Below, piece after piece: positions 11,486 to 24,800 of a stretch of 64,000 nt of DNA. Source of the stretch: Rebecca billardiae RCC1528. Its lineage: Eukaryota; Protista; Haptophyta. The stretch lies in the NCBI GenBank assembly GCA_965240325.2, contig OZ251223.1:4402001-4466000 (forward strand). The letters run 5' to 3'. The notes beneath the pieces are model-generated. The model was not told the DNA's origin. It worked only from the letters and a program-made list of their open reading frames with translations, and searched no databases. The translations under genes were made by a program, and so were the position numbers. Position 1 is the first letter of the stretch; each line of letters opens with the position of its first letter.

Positions 11486-12591
11486 CAAGGGAGGTCCGGG
11501 CCGGGAGCTCCCAGCGAGCGGCCAGCGCGACATCACCTCAAGGTTTTTTCCTGAGCGCCGGGCGGCAGCGGCGGCGAGGGCGGTGCTCCGCTGGCGGGGC
11601 GCGCACGGGGCACGGCGCTGCGGGCGCGGATGTGCCCGCAGAGCCGGCGCGTGCGGACGGGCTGTTGCGGGAGAGCATCTGGCGCCCTCCTGCGCCGCGC
11701 GCATTGCGCCACGCCTCTTTCGCCTTGACTCAGGGCAGCGCGCACATGCGCGCCGCGTCAAGGCCAGCCTTGCCGCGCCGCAGCCGACCGCGCGCGCGCC
11801 GTGCGCGGCGTGGTCGGGAAGGAACGGGCGTGGCTGCCGGGCGAGATGGCGACATCACGTGCGCACGCCATGCCGCCCCGCCACGCCTTGACGAGCGTGT
11901 CGCCGGTCCGTTTGCACGCCTCTTCGAGTTGTCTCAAATGGTCTGCACGGCCTCGCGGTCGCGACCCTTGTCGGGACGATCATTGAGACACAGAACAGTG
12001 CCAGACGGGCACGCGGACTACTCTTACATGAATGTCCATCACCACGTGGCCATGTAGAAGTGCTGGGTGCGACGCTTTCCTCGCGCTGATGCACTTTCAT
12101 CATCTTTTTCGAGCTCAGGTCTGGCTTCAGGCACGGCAAGAAATCAGCACTCGTCAACAGCTGTGCGGATCCGTTATCGCGCCCTTTCGCGGCGCCGCGG
12201 GACGACATGGCGTGCGCACGTGATGTCGCCATCTCGCCCGGCAGCCGCGCCCGTTCCTTCCCGACCACGCCGCGCACGGCGCGCGTGCGGTCGGCTGCGG
12301 CGCGGCAAGGCTGGCCTTGACGCAGCGCGCATGTGCGCGCTGCCCTGAGTCAAGGCGAAAGAGGCGTGGCGCAATGCGCGCGGCGCAGGAGGGCGCCAGA
12401 TGCTCTCCCGCAACAGCCCGTCCGCACGCGCCGGCTCTGCGGACACATCCGCGCCCGCAGCGCCGTGCCCCGTGCGCGCCCCGCCAGCGGAGCACCGCCC
12501 TCGCCGCCGCTGCCGCCCGGCGCTCAGGAAAAACCTTGAGGTGATGTCGCGCTGGCCGCTCGCTGGGAGCTCCCGGCCCGGACCTCCCTTG
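11486..12591. mobile_element. Non-autonomous TIR (fold-back) transposon, CAAGGG termini, 7-bp TSD GAGTACT (P-superfamily-like)
   Basis: GAGTACT|CAAGGGAGGTCC ... GGACCTCCCTTG|GAGTACT (TSD 11479-11485 and 12592-12598). ~400-bp arms (11486-~11887 / ~12191-12591) with a handful of differences. Confidence 0.9.
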
Positions 12592-12865
12592 GAGTACTAG
12601 ATCAATAATGGGCCGGCTTTGTCCGCGCCCTACTATCATACCCCCATACCAAGACTATTTTCGTCCTCCCAATGGTCGTAAGATCGAGGGGGAATCTAGC
12701 CAAATTCATGGGTGCTGATCCGAACGGAATGCGTTCGCATGAGGCGGCTTATTAATCACAGCGCCCTTTTACCCAAGTGGTTGTGTGCCCGCCACGACCA
12801 GCGGATCACCATTCACCCCGAATCAACGTCGCTAGCGGGGTCCGCCGTACGCTAGAGCCAGGGCC

Positions 12866-15800
12866 ATGGCCACGCCGCTATGGCGCGGGCTGATCGGCTG
12901 GCTCCTCGTGGGGTATCGCGTGGTCGCAGCGCCCATGCCACCCGGGCCGGGCGACCTCGCTGTGATCGGCATCCACGCGGACGACCCGGACGAGGTGCTG
13001 CTGGTCGCCACGACGGATATTGCGCAGGGCACCACGTTCTACCTCACGGACAGGGGCTGGAAGGCGGACGGGACGTGGCGTGGGGGCGAGGGCACGCAGA
13101 CGTGGACCGTTGGCGCGCCGCTGGGCGCGGGCGCGGTCACCGAGCTCGCGCTGAGCGAGCTGCTCATCGCGGCGACGGGCGACGTGCTGTACGTGTACAC
13201 CGGCTCCGAGAGCGCGCCCGAGTTCATCTACGCCATCTCGATCAACGCGAACGCGTTCGATGCGGACGCGAGCTCGGCGCAGCAGGGCACGCTGCCCGAG
13301 AACCTCACGCTGGGCGTGAGCGCGGTCGCGCTGGGCAACGTGGACAACGGCGTGTACGGGGGCACGCGCAGCGGCACGCGCGCCGAGCTGCTCGCGGCCA
13401 TCTCGAACGCGGCGAACTGGCAGACGTCGAACGAGCGGCTGACCTTCGACAACGCGTCGTTCTACGTCGGTCCAGCGCCGCCTGCGCCGCCGCCGAGCCC
13501 GCCATTGAGCCCGCCGCCACCCGCGCCGCCGCCGAGCCCGCCACCGAGCCCGCCGCCACCTGCACCGCCGCCGAGCCCGCCTCCAACGAGCCCGCCGCCT
13601 GCGCCCCCGCCGAGCCCGCCGCCGAGCCCGGGGCCGGTCCCGCTCGCGCCGGGCGACCTGGCGGTGATCGGCATCCACGCGGACGACCCGGACGAGGTGC
13701 TGCTGGTCGCCACGACGGATATTGCGCAGGGCACCACGTTCTACCTCACGGACAGGGGCTGGAAGGCGGACGGGACGTGGCGTGGGGGCGAGGGCACGCA
13801 GACGTGGACCGTTGGCGCGCCGCTGGGCGCGGGCGCGGTCACCGAGCTCGCGCTGAGCGAGCTGCTCATCGCGGCGACGGGCGACGTGCTGTACGTGTAC
13901 ACCGGCTCCGAGAGCGCGCCCGAGTTCATCTACGCCATCTCGATCAACGCGAACGCGTTCGATGCGGACGCGAGCTCGGCGCAGCAGGGCACGCTGCCCG
14001 CGAACCTCACGCTGGGCGTGAGCGCGGTCGCGCTGGGCAACGTGGACAACGGCGTGTACGGGGGCACGCGCAGCGGCACGCGCGCCGAGCTGCTCGCGGC
14101 CATCTCGAACGCGGCGAACTGGCAGACGTCGAACGAGCGGCTGACCTTCGACAACGCGTCGTTCTACGTCGGTCCAGCGCCGCCTGCGCCGCCGCCAATG
14201 AGCCCGCCGCCACCCACGCCGCCGCCGAGCCTGCCACCGAGCCCACCACCGAGCCCGCCGCCGAGCCCGCCGCCACCAAGCCCACCGCCGAGCCCGCCGC
14301 CGAGCCCGCCGCCGCGCCCGCCGCCGAGCCCACCACCTAGTCCGCCACCGACGCCACCACCACCAACGGCACCACCGAGCCCACCGCCATCACCGCCACC
14401 AAGCCCGCCTCCGAGCCCGCCTCCGAGCCCACCGCCTGCGCCACCGCCGCCGAGCCTGCCGCCGAGCCCGCCACCATCGCCTCCGCCCACGCCACCGCCA
14501 CCGAGCCCGCCGCCAAGCCCGCCGCCGAGCCCACCGCCTGCGCCACCGCCACCGAGCCTGCCGCCGAGCCCGCCACCATCGCCTCCGCCCACGCCACCGC
14601 CGCCGAGCCCGCCACCGAGCCCGCCTCCGAGCCCGCCGCCATCACCGCCGCCACCGAGCCCGCCTCCGAGCCCGCCACCATCGCCTCCGCCCACGCCACC
14701 GCCACCGAGCCCGCCACCGAGCCCGCCTCCGAGCCCGCCGCCATCACCGCCGCCACCGAGCCCGCCTCCGAGCCCGCCACCATCGCCTCCGCCCACGCCA
14801 CCGCCACCGAGCCCGCCACCGAGCCCGCCTCCGAGCCCGCCGCCATCACCGCCGCCACCGAGCCCGCCTCCGAGCCCGCCACCATCGCCTCCGCCCACGC
14901 CACCGCGACCGAGCCCGCCACCGAGCCCGCCTCCGAGCCCGCCGCCATCACCGCCGCCACCAAGCCCGCCACCGAGCCCGCCTCCGAGCCGGCCGCCATC
15001 ACCGCCGCCACCGAGCCCGCCTCCGAGCCCGCCACCATCGCCTCCGCCCACGCCACCGCCACCGAGCCCGCCACCGAGCCCGCCTCCGAGCCCGCCGCCA
15101 TCACCGCCGCCACCGAGCCCGCCTCCGCGCCCGCCGCCATCGCCGCCGCCCACGCCACCGCCACCGACACCACCTCCGAGCCCACCGCCGTCGCCTCCGC
15201 CCAAGCCACCGCCACCGAGCCCGCCTCCGAGCCCGCCGCCATCGCCTCCGCCCACGTCACCGCCACCGAGCCCGCCACCGAGCCCGCCTCCGAGCCCTCC
15301 GCCATCACCGCCGCCACCGAGCCCGCCTCCGCGCCCGCCGCCATCGCCGCCGCCCACGCCACCGCCACCGACACCACCTCCGAGCCCACCGCCGTCGCCT
15401 CCGCCCAAGCCACCGCCACCGAGCCTGCCTCCGAGCCCGCCACCTGCCCCGCCGCCACCGAGCCCGCCGCCCAGCCCGCCTCCTTCGCCGCCACCGGCGC
15501 CACCGCCACCAAGCCCGCCTCCGAGTCGGCCGCCATCGCCACCGCCCACGCCACCGCCGCCGAGCCCTCCGCCGAGCCCGCCACCATCGCCTCCGCCCAC
15601 GCCACCGCCACCGAGCCCGCCTCCGAGCCCACCGCCTGCGCCACCGCCGCCGAGCCTGCCGCCGAGCCCGCCACCATCGCCTCCGCCCACGCCACCGCCA
15701 CCGAGCCCGCCACCGAGCCCGCCTCCGAGCCCGCCGCCATCACCGCCGCCACCGAGCCCGCCTCCGCGCCCGTCGCCATCGCCGCCGCCCACGCCACCGC

Positions 15801-18800
15801 CACCGACACCACCTCCGAGCCCACCGCCGTCGCCTCCGCCCAAGCCACCGCCACCGAGCCCGCCTCCGAGCCCGCCGCCATCGCCTCCGCCCACGTCACC
15901 GCCACCGAGCCCGCCACCGAGCCCGCCTCCAAGCCCTCCGCCATCACCGCCGCCACCGAGCCCGCCTCCGCGCCCGCCGCCATCGCCGCCGCCCACGCCA
16001 CCGCCACCGACACCACCTCCGAGCCCACCGCCGTCGCCTCCGCCCAAGCCACCGCCACCGAGCCTGCCTCCGAGCCCGCCACCTGCACCGCCGCCACCGA
16101 GCCCGCCGCCCAGCCCGCCTCCTTCGCCGCCACCGGCGCCACCGCCACCAAGCCCGCCTCCGAGCCCGCCGCCATCGCCTCCGCCCACGCCACCGCCACC
16201 GAGCCCTCCGCCGAGCCCGCCTCCGAGCCTGCCGCCATCACCGCCGCCCACGCCACCGCCGCCGAGCCCGCCTCCGAGCCCGCCGCCATCGCCTCCACCC
16301 GCGCCACCGCCACCGACACCACCTCCGAGCCCACCGCCGTCGCCTCCGCCCAAGCCACCGCCACCGGGCCTGCCTCCGAGCCCGCCTCCGAGCCCGCTGC
16401 CATCACCGCCGCCACCGAGCCCGCCTCCGCGCCCGCCGCCATCGCCTCCGCCCACGCCACCGCCACTGACACCACCTCCGAGCCCACCGCCGTCGCCTCC
16501 GCCCAAGCCACCGCCACCGAGCCTGCCTCCGAGCCCGCCTCCGAGCCCGCCACCTGCGCCGCCGCCACCGAGCCCGCCGCCCAGCCCGCCTCCTTCGCCG
16601 CCACCGGCGCCACCGCCACCAAGCCCGCCTCCGAGCCCGCCGCCATCGCCCCCGCCCACGCCACCGCCACCGAGCCCTCCGCCGAGCCCGCCTCCGAGCG
16701 TGCCGCCATCACCGCCGCCCACGCCACCGCCGCCGAGCCCGCCTCCGAGCCCGCCGCCATCGCCTCCGCCCACGCCACCGCCACCGAGCCGGCCACCGAG
16801 CCCGCCTCCGAGCCCGCTGCCATCACCGCCGCCACCGAGCCCGCTTCCGCGCCCGCCGCCATCGCCTCCGCCCACGCCACCGCCACCGACACCACCTCCG
16901 AGCCCACCGCCGTCGCTTCCGCCCAAGCCACCGCCACCGAGCCTGCCTCCGAGCCCGCCTCCGAGCCCGCCACCTGCGCCGCCGCCACCGAGCCCGCCGC
17001 CCAGCCCGCCTCCTTCGTCGCCACCGGCGCCACCGCCACCAAGCCCGCCTCCGAGCCCGCCGCCATCGCCTCCGCCCACGCCACCGCCACCGAGCCCGCC
17101 ACCGAGCCCGCCTCCGAGCCCGCTGCCATCACCGCCGCCACCGAGCCCGCCTCCGCGCCCGCCGCCATCGCCTCCGCCCACGCCACCGCCACCGAGCCCG
17201 CCACCGAGCCCGCCTCCGAGCCCGCTGCCATCACCGCCGCCACCGAGCCCGCCTCCGCGCCCGCCGCCATCGCCTCCGCCCACGCCACCGCCACCGACAC
17301 CACCTCCGAGCCCACCGCCGTCGCTTCCGCCCAAGCCACCGCCACCGAGCCTGCCTCCGAGCCCGCCTCCGAGCCCGCCACCTGCGCCGCCGCCACCGAG
17401 CCCGCCGCCCAGCCCGCCTCCTTCGCCGCCACCGGCGCCACCGCCACCAAGCCCGCCTCCGAGCCCGCCGCCATCGCCTCCGCCCACGCCACCGCCACCG
17501 AGCCCTCCGCCGAGCCCGCCTCCGAGCCTGCCGCCATCACCGCCGCCACCGAGCCCGCCTCCGAAGCCGCCACCATCGCCGCCGCCCACGCCACCGCCAC
17601 CGAGCCCGCCACCGAGCCCGTCACCGAGCCCGCGTCCGAGCCCGCCACTATCGCCGCCGCCCAAGCCACCGCCACCGAGCCCGCCGTCGAGCCCGCCGCC
17701 GAGCCCGCCACCAGCGCCGCCGCCACCGAGCCCGCCGCCCAGCCCGCCTCCTTCGCCGCCACCTGCGCCACCGCCACCGAGCCCACCGCCGAGCCCGCCT
17801 CCTTCGCCGCCACCTGTGCCGCCGCCACCGAGCCCGCCGCCGAGCCCGCCTCCTTCGCCGCCACCTGCGCCGCCGCCACCGAGCCCGCCGCCAAGCCCGC
17901 CTCCTTCGCCGCCACCTGCGCCGCCGCAGCCAAGCACGCCTCCGAGCCCGCCGCCATCGCCTCCGCCCACGCCACCGCCACCGAGCCCTCCGCCGAGCCC
18001 GCCTCCGAGCCTGCCGCCATCACCGCCGCCACCGAGCCCGCCTCCGAAGCCGCCACCATCGCCGCCGCCCACGCCACCGCCACCGAGCCCGCCACCGAGC
18101 CCGTCACCGAGCCCGCGTCCGAGCCCGCCACTATCGCCGCCGCCCAAGCCACCGCCACCGAGCCCGCCGCCGAGCCCGCCGCCGAGCCCGCCACCAGCGC
18201 CGCCGCCACCGAGCCCGCCGCCCAGCCCGCCTCCTTCGCCGCCACCTGCGCCACCGCCACCGAGCCCGCCGCCGAGCCCGCCTCCTTCGCCGCCACCTGT
18301 GCCGCCGCCACCGAGCCCGCCGCCGAGCCCGCCTCCTTCGCCGCCACCTGCGCCGCCGCCGCCGAGCCCGCCGCCGAGCCCGCCCCCTTCGCCGCCACCT
18401 GCGCCGCCGCCACCGAGCCCGCCGCCGAGCCCGCCTCCTTCGCCGCCACCTGCGCCGCCGCCACCGAGCCCGCCGCCGAGCCCGCCTCCTTCGCCGCCAC
18501 CTGCGCCGCCGCCACCGAGCCCGCCGCCCAGCCCGCTTCCTTCGCCGCCACCTGCGCCGCCGCCACCGAGCCCGCCGCCGAGCCCGCCTCCTTCGCCGCC
18601 ACCTGCGCTGCCGCCACCGAGCCCGCCGCCGAGCCCGCCTCCTTCGCTGCCACCTGCGCCGCCGCCACCGAGCCCGCCGCCGAGCCCGCCTCCTTCGCCG
18701 CCACCTGCGCTGCCGCCACCGAGCCCGCCGCCGAGCCCGCCTCCTTCGCCGCCACCTGCGCCGCCGCCACCGAGCCCGCCGCCGAGCCCGCCTCCTTCGC

Positions 18801-21800
18801 CGCCACCTGCGCCGCCGCCACCGAGCCCGCCGCCGAGCCCGCCTCCTTCGCCGCCACCTGCGCCGCCGCCACCGAGCCCGCCGCCCAGCCCGCCTCCTTC
18901 GCCGCCACCTGCGCCGCCGCCACCGAGCCCGCCGCCGAGCCCGCCTCCTTCGCCGCCACCTGCACTGCCGCCACCGAGCCCGCCGCCCAGCCCGCCTCCG
19001 AGCCCGCCACCTGCGCCGCCGCCACCGAGCCCGCCGCCGAGCCCGCCTCCTTCGCCGCCACCTGCGCTGCCGCCACCGAGCCCGCCGCCGAGCCCGCCTC
19101 CTTCGCCGCCACCTGCACCGCCGCCACCGAGCCCGCCGCCCAGCCCGCCTCTTGCGCCGCCACCTGCGCCGCCGCCACCGAGCCCGCCGCCGAGCCCGCC
19201 TCCTTCGCCGCCACCTGCGCCGCCGCCACCGAGCCCGCCGCCCAGCCCGCCTCCGAGCCCGCCACCTGCGCCGCCGCCACCGAGCCCGCCGCCGAGCCCG
19301 CCTCCTTCGCCGCCACCTGCGCTGCCGCCACCGAGCCCGCCGCCGAGCCCGCCTCCTTCGCCGCCACCTGCACTGCCGCCACCGAGCCCGCCGCCCAGCC
19401 CGCCTCTTGCGCCGCCACCTGCGCCGCCGCCACCGAGCCCGCCTCCGAGCCCGCCTCCTTCGCCGCCACCTGCGCCGCCGCCACCGAGCCCGCCGCCCAG
19501 CCCGCCTCCGAGCCCGCCACCTGCGCCGCCGCCACCGAGCCCGCCGCCGAGCCCGCCTCCTTCGCCGCCACCTGCGCCGTCGCCACCGAGCCCGCCGCCC
19601 AGCCCGCCTCCGAGCCCGCCACCTGCGCCGCCGCCACCGAGCCCGCCGCCGAGCCCGCCTCCTTCGCCGCCACCTGCGCTGCCGCCACCGAGCCCGCCGC
19701 CGAGCCCGCCTCCTTCGCCGCCACCTGCACTGCCGCCACCGAGCCCGCCGCCCAGCCCGCCTCTTGCGCCGCCACGTGCGCCGGCGCCACCGAGCCCGCC
19801 GCCGAGCCCGCCTCCTTCGCCGCCACCTGCGCCGCCGCCACCGAGCCCGCCGCCCAGCCCGCCTCCGAGCCCGCCACCTGCGCCGCCGCCACCGAGCCCG
19901 CCGCCCAGCCCGCCTCCTTCGCCGCCACCTGCGCCGTCGCCTTCGAGCCCGCCGCCGAGCCCGCCGCCGAGCCCGCCTCCTTCGCCGCCACCTGCGCTGC
20001 CGCCACCGAGCCCGCCGCCCAGCCCGCCTCCTTCGCCGCCACCTGCGCCGCCGCCACCGAGCCCGCCGCCGAGCCCGCCTCCTTCGCCGCCACCTGCACT
20101 GCCGCCACCGAGCCCGCCGCCGAGCCCGCCTCCTTCGCCGCCACCTGCGCTGCCGCCACCGAGCCCGCCGCCGAGCCCGCCTCCTTCGCCGCCACCTGCG
20201 CAGCCGCCACCGAGCCCGCCGCCGAGCCCGCCTCCTTCGCCGCCACCTGCGCCGCCGCCACCGAGCCCGCCGCCGAGCCCACCTCCTTCGCCGTCACCTG
20301 CGCCGCCGCCACCGAGCCCGCCGCCGAGCCCGCCGCCGAGCCCGCCTCCTTCGCCGCCACCTGCGCCGTCGCCTTCGAGCCCGCCGCCGAGCCCGCCGCC
20401 GAGCCCGCCTCCTTCGCCGCCACCTGCGCTGCCGCCACCGAGCCCGCCGCCCAGCCCGCCTCCTTCGCCGCCACCTGCGCCGCCGCCACCGAGCCCGCCG
20501 CCGAGCCCGCCTCCTTCGCCGCCACCTGCACTGCCGCCACCGAGCCCGCCGCCGAGCCCGCCTCCTTCGCCGCCACCTGCGCTGCCGCCACCGAGCCCGC
20601 CGCCGAGCCCGCCTCCTTCGCCGCCACCTGCGCTGCCGCCACCGAGCCCGCCGCCGAGCCCGCCTCCTTCGCCGCCACCTGCGCAGCCGCCACCGAGCCC
20701 GCCGCCGAGCCCGCCTCCTTCGCCGCCACCTGCGCCGCCGCCACCGAGCCCGCCGCCGAGCCCACCTCCTTCGCCGTCACCTGCGCCGCCGCCACCGAGC
20801 CCGCCGCCGAGCCCGCCGCCGAGCCCGCCTCCTTCGCCGCCACCTGCGCTGCCGCCACCGAGCCCGCCGCCGAGCCCGCCTCCTTCGCCGCCACCTGCGC
20901 TGCCGCCACCGAGCCCGCCGCCGAGCCCGCCTCCTTCGCCGCCACCTGCGCCGCCGCCACCGAGCCCGCCGCCCAGCCCGCCTCCTGCGCCGCCACCTGC
21001 GCCGCCGCCACCGAGCCCGCCGCCGAGCCCGCCTCCTTCGCCGCCACCTGCGCCGCCGCCACCCAGCCCGCCGCCCAGCCCGCCTCCGAGCCCACCGCCT
21101 GCGCCATCGCCACCGATCCCGCCTCCAAGCCCGCCGCCGTCGCCGCCGCCCACGCCACCAACGCCGGGCCCGCCACCAAGCCCGCCGCCCAAGCCGCCGC
21201 CACCGAGCCCGCCGCCGAGCCCGCCTCCGAGCCCGCCGCCATCACAGCCGCCCACGCCACTGCCACCGCGCCCGCCGCCGAGCCCGCTGCCGAGCCAGCC
21301 GCCGAGTCCGCCGCCATCGCCGTCGCCCACGCCACCGCAACTGAGCTCGCCACCGAGCCCGCCGCCGACCCCGCCACCGCTCCCGCTGTTCAGCCCTCCG
21401 CCGAGCCCGCCGCCATCGCCGCCGCGTGTGTCCCCCAGGCCTGCACCGCCCACGCCTCCTCCGCGCGCGCCGCCGCCGCCGCTGCCCTCGGCCCCGCCGA
21501 GCCCGCCGCCGTCCGGGCCGCCCGCTTCGCCGCCGCCGCCGCCGCTCCCCGGCCCGGCGCTGCTCTCCGCCGCCTTCGACGCGCAGGCCTCGGGCCTCGT
21601 CCTCACGTTCGACGGCCCGACCGACCGCGCGGGCATGGCCGCGGGCCTGGCGCCGTGCACGCGCGTGCTCGACGGCGCGACGCTCGGCCTGCTGCGCGGC
21701 GGCGGCGGCGGCGGGGCGGGCGGCGCGGCGGAGCCGCTCTGCTACTGGCAGGACGACGCGCGGCTGGTCGCGCAGCTGCGCGCCGCCTCGCTCGTGCGGC

Positions 21801-24800
21801 CGGGCGCGCGCGTCGGCGTGCGCGCGGCCGCGGTCGCGCACGTGGCGTGCGCGGCGCGGCACGCGTCCGCGCCGTGCGGCGCGCACGCGGCCGGTGCGGC
21901 GGGGAGCGTGCTCATCCCGGCGGGCGCGCCGTGCGGCGTGGGCGTGGCGTGCGCCGCGCCGGTCGCGAGCGTCTCGGGCGCGCGCGCCGTCTCCTCCTGC
22001 GCCGACGCCTCGCTGCGCCTCGTCGGCGGCGCGTCGAGCGGCGGCGGCGCGCTGCCGCTGGCGTACGCGTGGGCGGTGGCTCCGCTGGCTGAAGACCCGC
22101 CGCCACGCGCGGCGCTGGCGGCGCTGGCGGGCGCGCTGGCGGCGCTGCCGCCGACGCAGGCGGTGCTCGAGCTCGACGCGGCCGCGCTCGGCGCCGAGGG
22201 CGGCTTCGTCTTCTCCCTCGTCCTCACCTCCGCGCTCGGCGTCCGCTCCGCGCCCGCGAGCGTGGCGGTGGCGCGCGCGCCCGCGAGCGCGCCGCGCCTC
22301 GAGCTGGACGCGTCCGCGCAGGGCGCGCTCACGCGGCCGGACGCGGTGACGGCGGTGCTGGCGCGCGCGGAGGTGTCGGCGTGCTGGCCCGCGGGGCTCT
22401 CCGCGCGCGTGCTGTGGAGCTGGGCGGTGCTCAACGTCTCGCGGCACGACGACGCGGGCGCCGCCGCGCGCGCGGACGGCGCGCACCCGCCGGCGCCTCC
22501 GCGCGTGCCCGCGCTCGGCGGCGCGCGCGGCGCCACGCTGCTGCTGCCGCCGTGGTCGCTGAGCGCGGGGCACACGTACACGCTGCGCGCGACGGCGGCG
22601 ATGGAGGCGTCGGCCGAGCACAGCGCGAGCGCCGACGTCGCGCTGCGCGTGCCCACGCTGCCGCTCCGCGCCGCGCTCGCGCCCGCCGCCCTGCGCACGC
22701 ACGTGCGCACCGCCGTCAGCTTTGACGCCTCCGCGTCCGCAGACCCGAACGAGCCGCGCACGGCGGCGGGGGAAGGGCTGGCGTACGCGTGGGCGGTGTC
22801 GCGCGCCTCGGACGGCGCGCGCGTCTGGCCGCTGGGCGCGCACAACGCCACCGCCGCCTCGCCCTTCCTCACGCTGCCCGCGCGCGCGCTGCCCGCCGGC
22901 CGCTACGACGTGAGCGTGCGCGTGTGGAGCGCGGCGGGGGCATCGGGCGCGCGCCCGGCCGCGGCGGCGAGCGCGGCGCTCGAGCTGCTCGGCGAGGAGG
23001 CGGAGGCGGGCGGTGCGCTGCCCGCGCTCGGGCTGGTGCCGCTGCCCGCGCGCAAGGTGGCGCCCACGTGGGAGCGGCGCAGCGAGCGGCTCGCGCTGCG
23101 CGCAACCATCGGCGGCGCGGACGGCGCGGCCGCGGACGCGGACGCTGCCGCGGCCGCGGAGGGCGCGCACGCCTTCGAGTGGCGCGCGTTTGTGCTGGGC
23201 GCGGGCGGCGCGCGCTCGGCGGCGGCGGGGCTGGAGCTGGGCGACACGGCGCGCGTGACGACGAGCGGCGCGCACGGCGCGCTGCTCGCGCTGCGCTCCG
23301 GCGCGCTCGCCCCAGGCGCCACGTACGCGTTCGAGGTCAGCGCGCGCGCGCTCGGCGCTGGGGCCGGCGGCGCGGCGGCGGTCGCGGAGCTGGTCGTGGT
23401 GGTCAACCGGCCGCCGCACGGCGGCGCGCTGGCGGTGGCGCCGGCGGAGGGCGTGGCGGCGCTCACGCACTTTGCGCTGCACGCGGCCGGCTGGAGCGAC
23501 GACGACGCGGACGACCTGCCGCTCTCCTACGCGTTTGGGCACGCGCCCGCGACGGCGCGGCGCGCGGACGGCGCCGCCGCCGACGACGATGACGCCGATT
23601 CCGACGACGACGACGCGGCGGCTGCTGGCGCGTCGCTCGGCCGCGCGCAGCTCTCGCCGCTGGCGTCCGCGCTGCTGCCCGCGGGCAACCGCACGCTGAG
23701 CGTGCGCGTGCGCGACGCGCTGGGCGCGAGCGCGCGCGCGCACGCGGCGGTGCGCGTGCGCTCGCTGCGCGCCGACGCCGCCGCCCCGGGTGCGCCGCTC
23801 GGCGCCGCCGACGCGGCGGTGGCGGCCGCGCTCGCGCGCGCGCGCGCCGCGCTCGGCGCGGGCGACGGCGCGCGCGCGCTGCAGGCCGCGGTGGCGCTCG
23901 CCGCCGAGCTGCTCGGCGGCGGCGGCGGGCGCAACGGCACGGCCAGCGGCGGCGAGGCGGCGGCGGCGGCGGAGGCGGAGGCGGCGGCGGCGGCGGAGGC
24001 GGAGGCGGAGGCGGTGCGCTCGCTGCTCGAGCTCACCGCCGCCGCGGCGCTCGACTCGGCGGAGGCGCGCGCGCACGCGGCGGGCGCGCTCGGCGCGGTG
24101 GTGGCGCGCGCGGCGAGCGCGCGTGCGCTCGACGGGCCATCGCGCGCCGCCGCGCTCGCGCAGGCGGCCGCGCTCGCGCGCGCGGCCGCGGGCACCGGCG
24201 TGGGCGCGGCCGAGCGCGCCGCGCTGCTCGGCGCGCTCGACGGCGCGCTCGCGCAGCCCGACGCGCCGCTCGCGCCCGCCGACGCGGCGGCGGTCGGGTC
24301 GGCGGCCGCGGCGGCGGCGGACGCGCTCGCGCGCGCGCTGCTCGCGGGCGCGCTGCCTGGCGAGGGGCCGGCGACGGCGGTGGGCTGGGCGCTCAACGTG
24401 TCGGCGGTGCGACTGGCCCCGGCGGCGGTGCGCAACGCTAGCCTGCTCGGCGCGGGCGGCGCGGGCTCCGTGACGCTGCCGCCCTCCGCGCTCGACGCGG
24501 CCGATCTCCGCGGCAGCGCGGTGGACGTGCTGCTGTGGAGCGTCGGCCACGCGGCCGCCGCGCGCGCGGCCGCGCCCGGCGTGGGCGCTGCTGCCCAGAG
24601 CCACAACGGCTCGAGCGCCGCCGTTGGCGCGGGCGCGGCCACGGCTGTCTTCTCGGTCAGCCTCGCCTCGGCGGACAGCGGGGAGACGCTGGCCGTCGCC
24701 GGCCTCGCGCAGCCCATCACGCTCGGGCTGCCACCGCGCGCACCCGAGGCGGGCGCGGGCGCGGACGCGGCAGCGGGCTCGGCGTCGGGGTGGGCGGGCG

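Noticed and set aside
14171-21553. Regular repeats that might be taken for a CRISPR array
   Set aside because: No unique spacers and no cas genes; it is an in-frame coding tandem repeat in a eukaryote.
3968-21553. Prolyl-hydroxylase-like gene as dedicated modifier of the nearby Ser-Pro stalk
   Set aside because: The enzyme looks EGLN/SM-20-like with a plastid-type presequence rather than an ER/Golgi P4H; linkage alone is not evidence.
14164-21660. Huge antisense/alternate ORFs (2498-aa Gly-rich, 2346-aa Ala-rich, 730-aa Arg/His-rich)
   Set aside because: Shadows of the Pro-codon minisatellite, which lacks stops in several frames.
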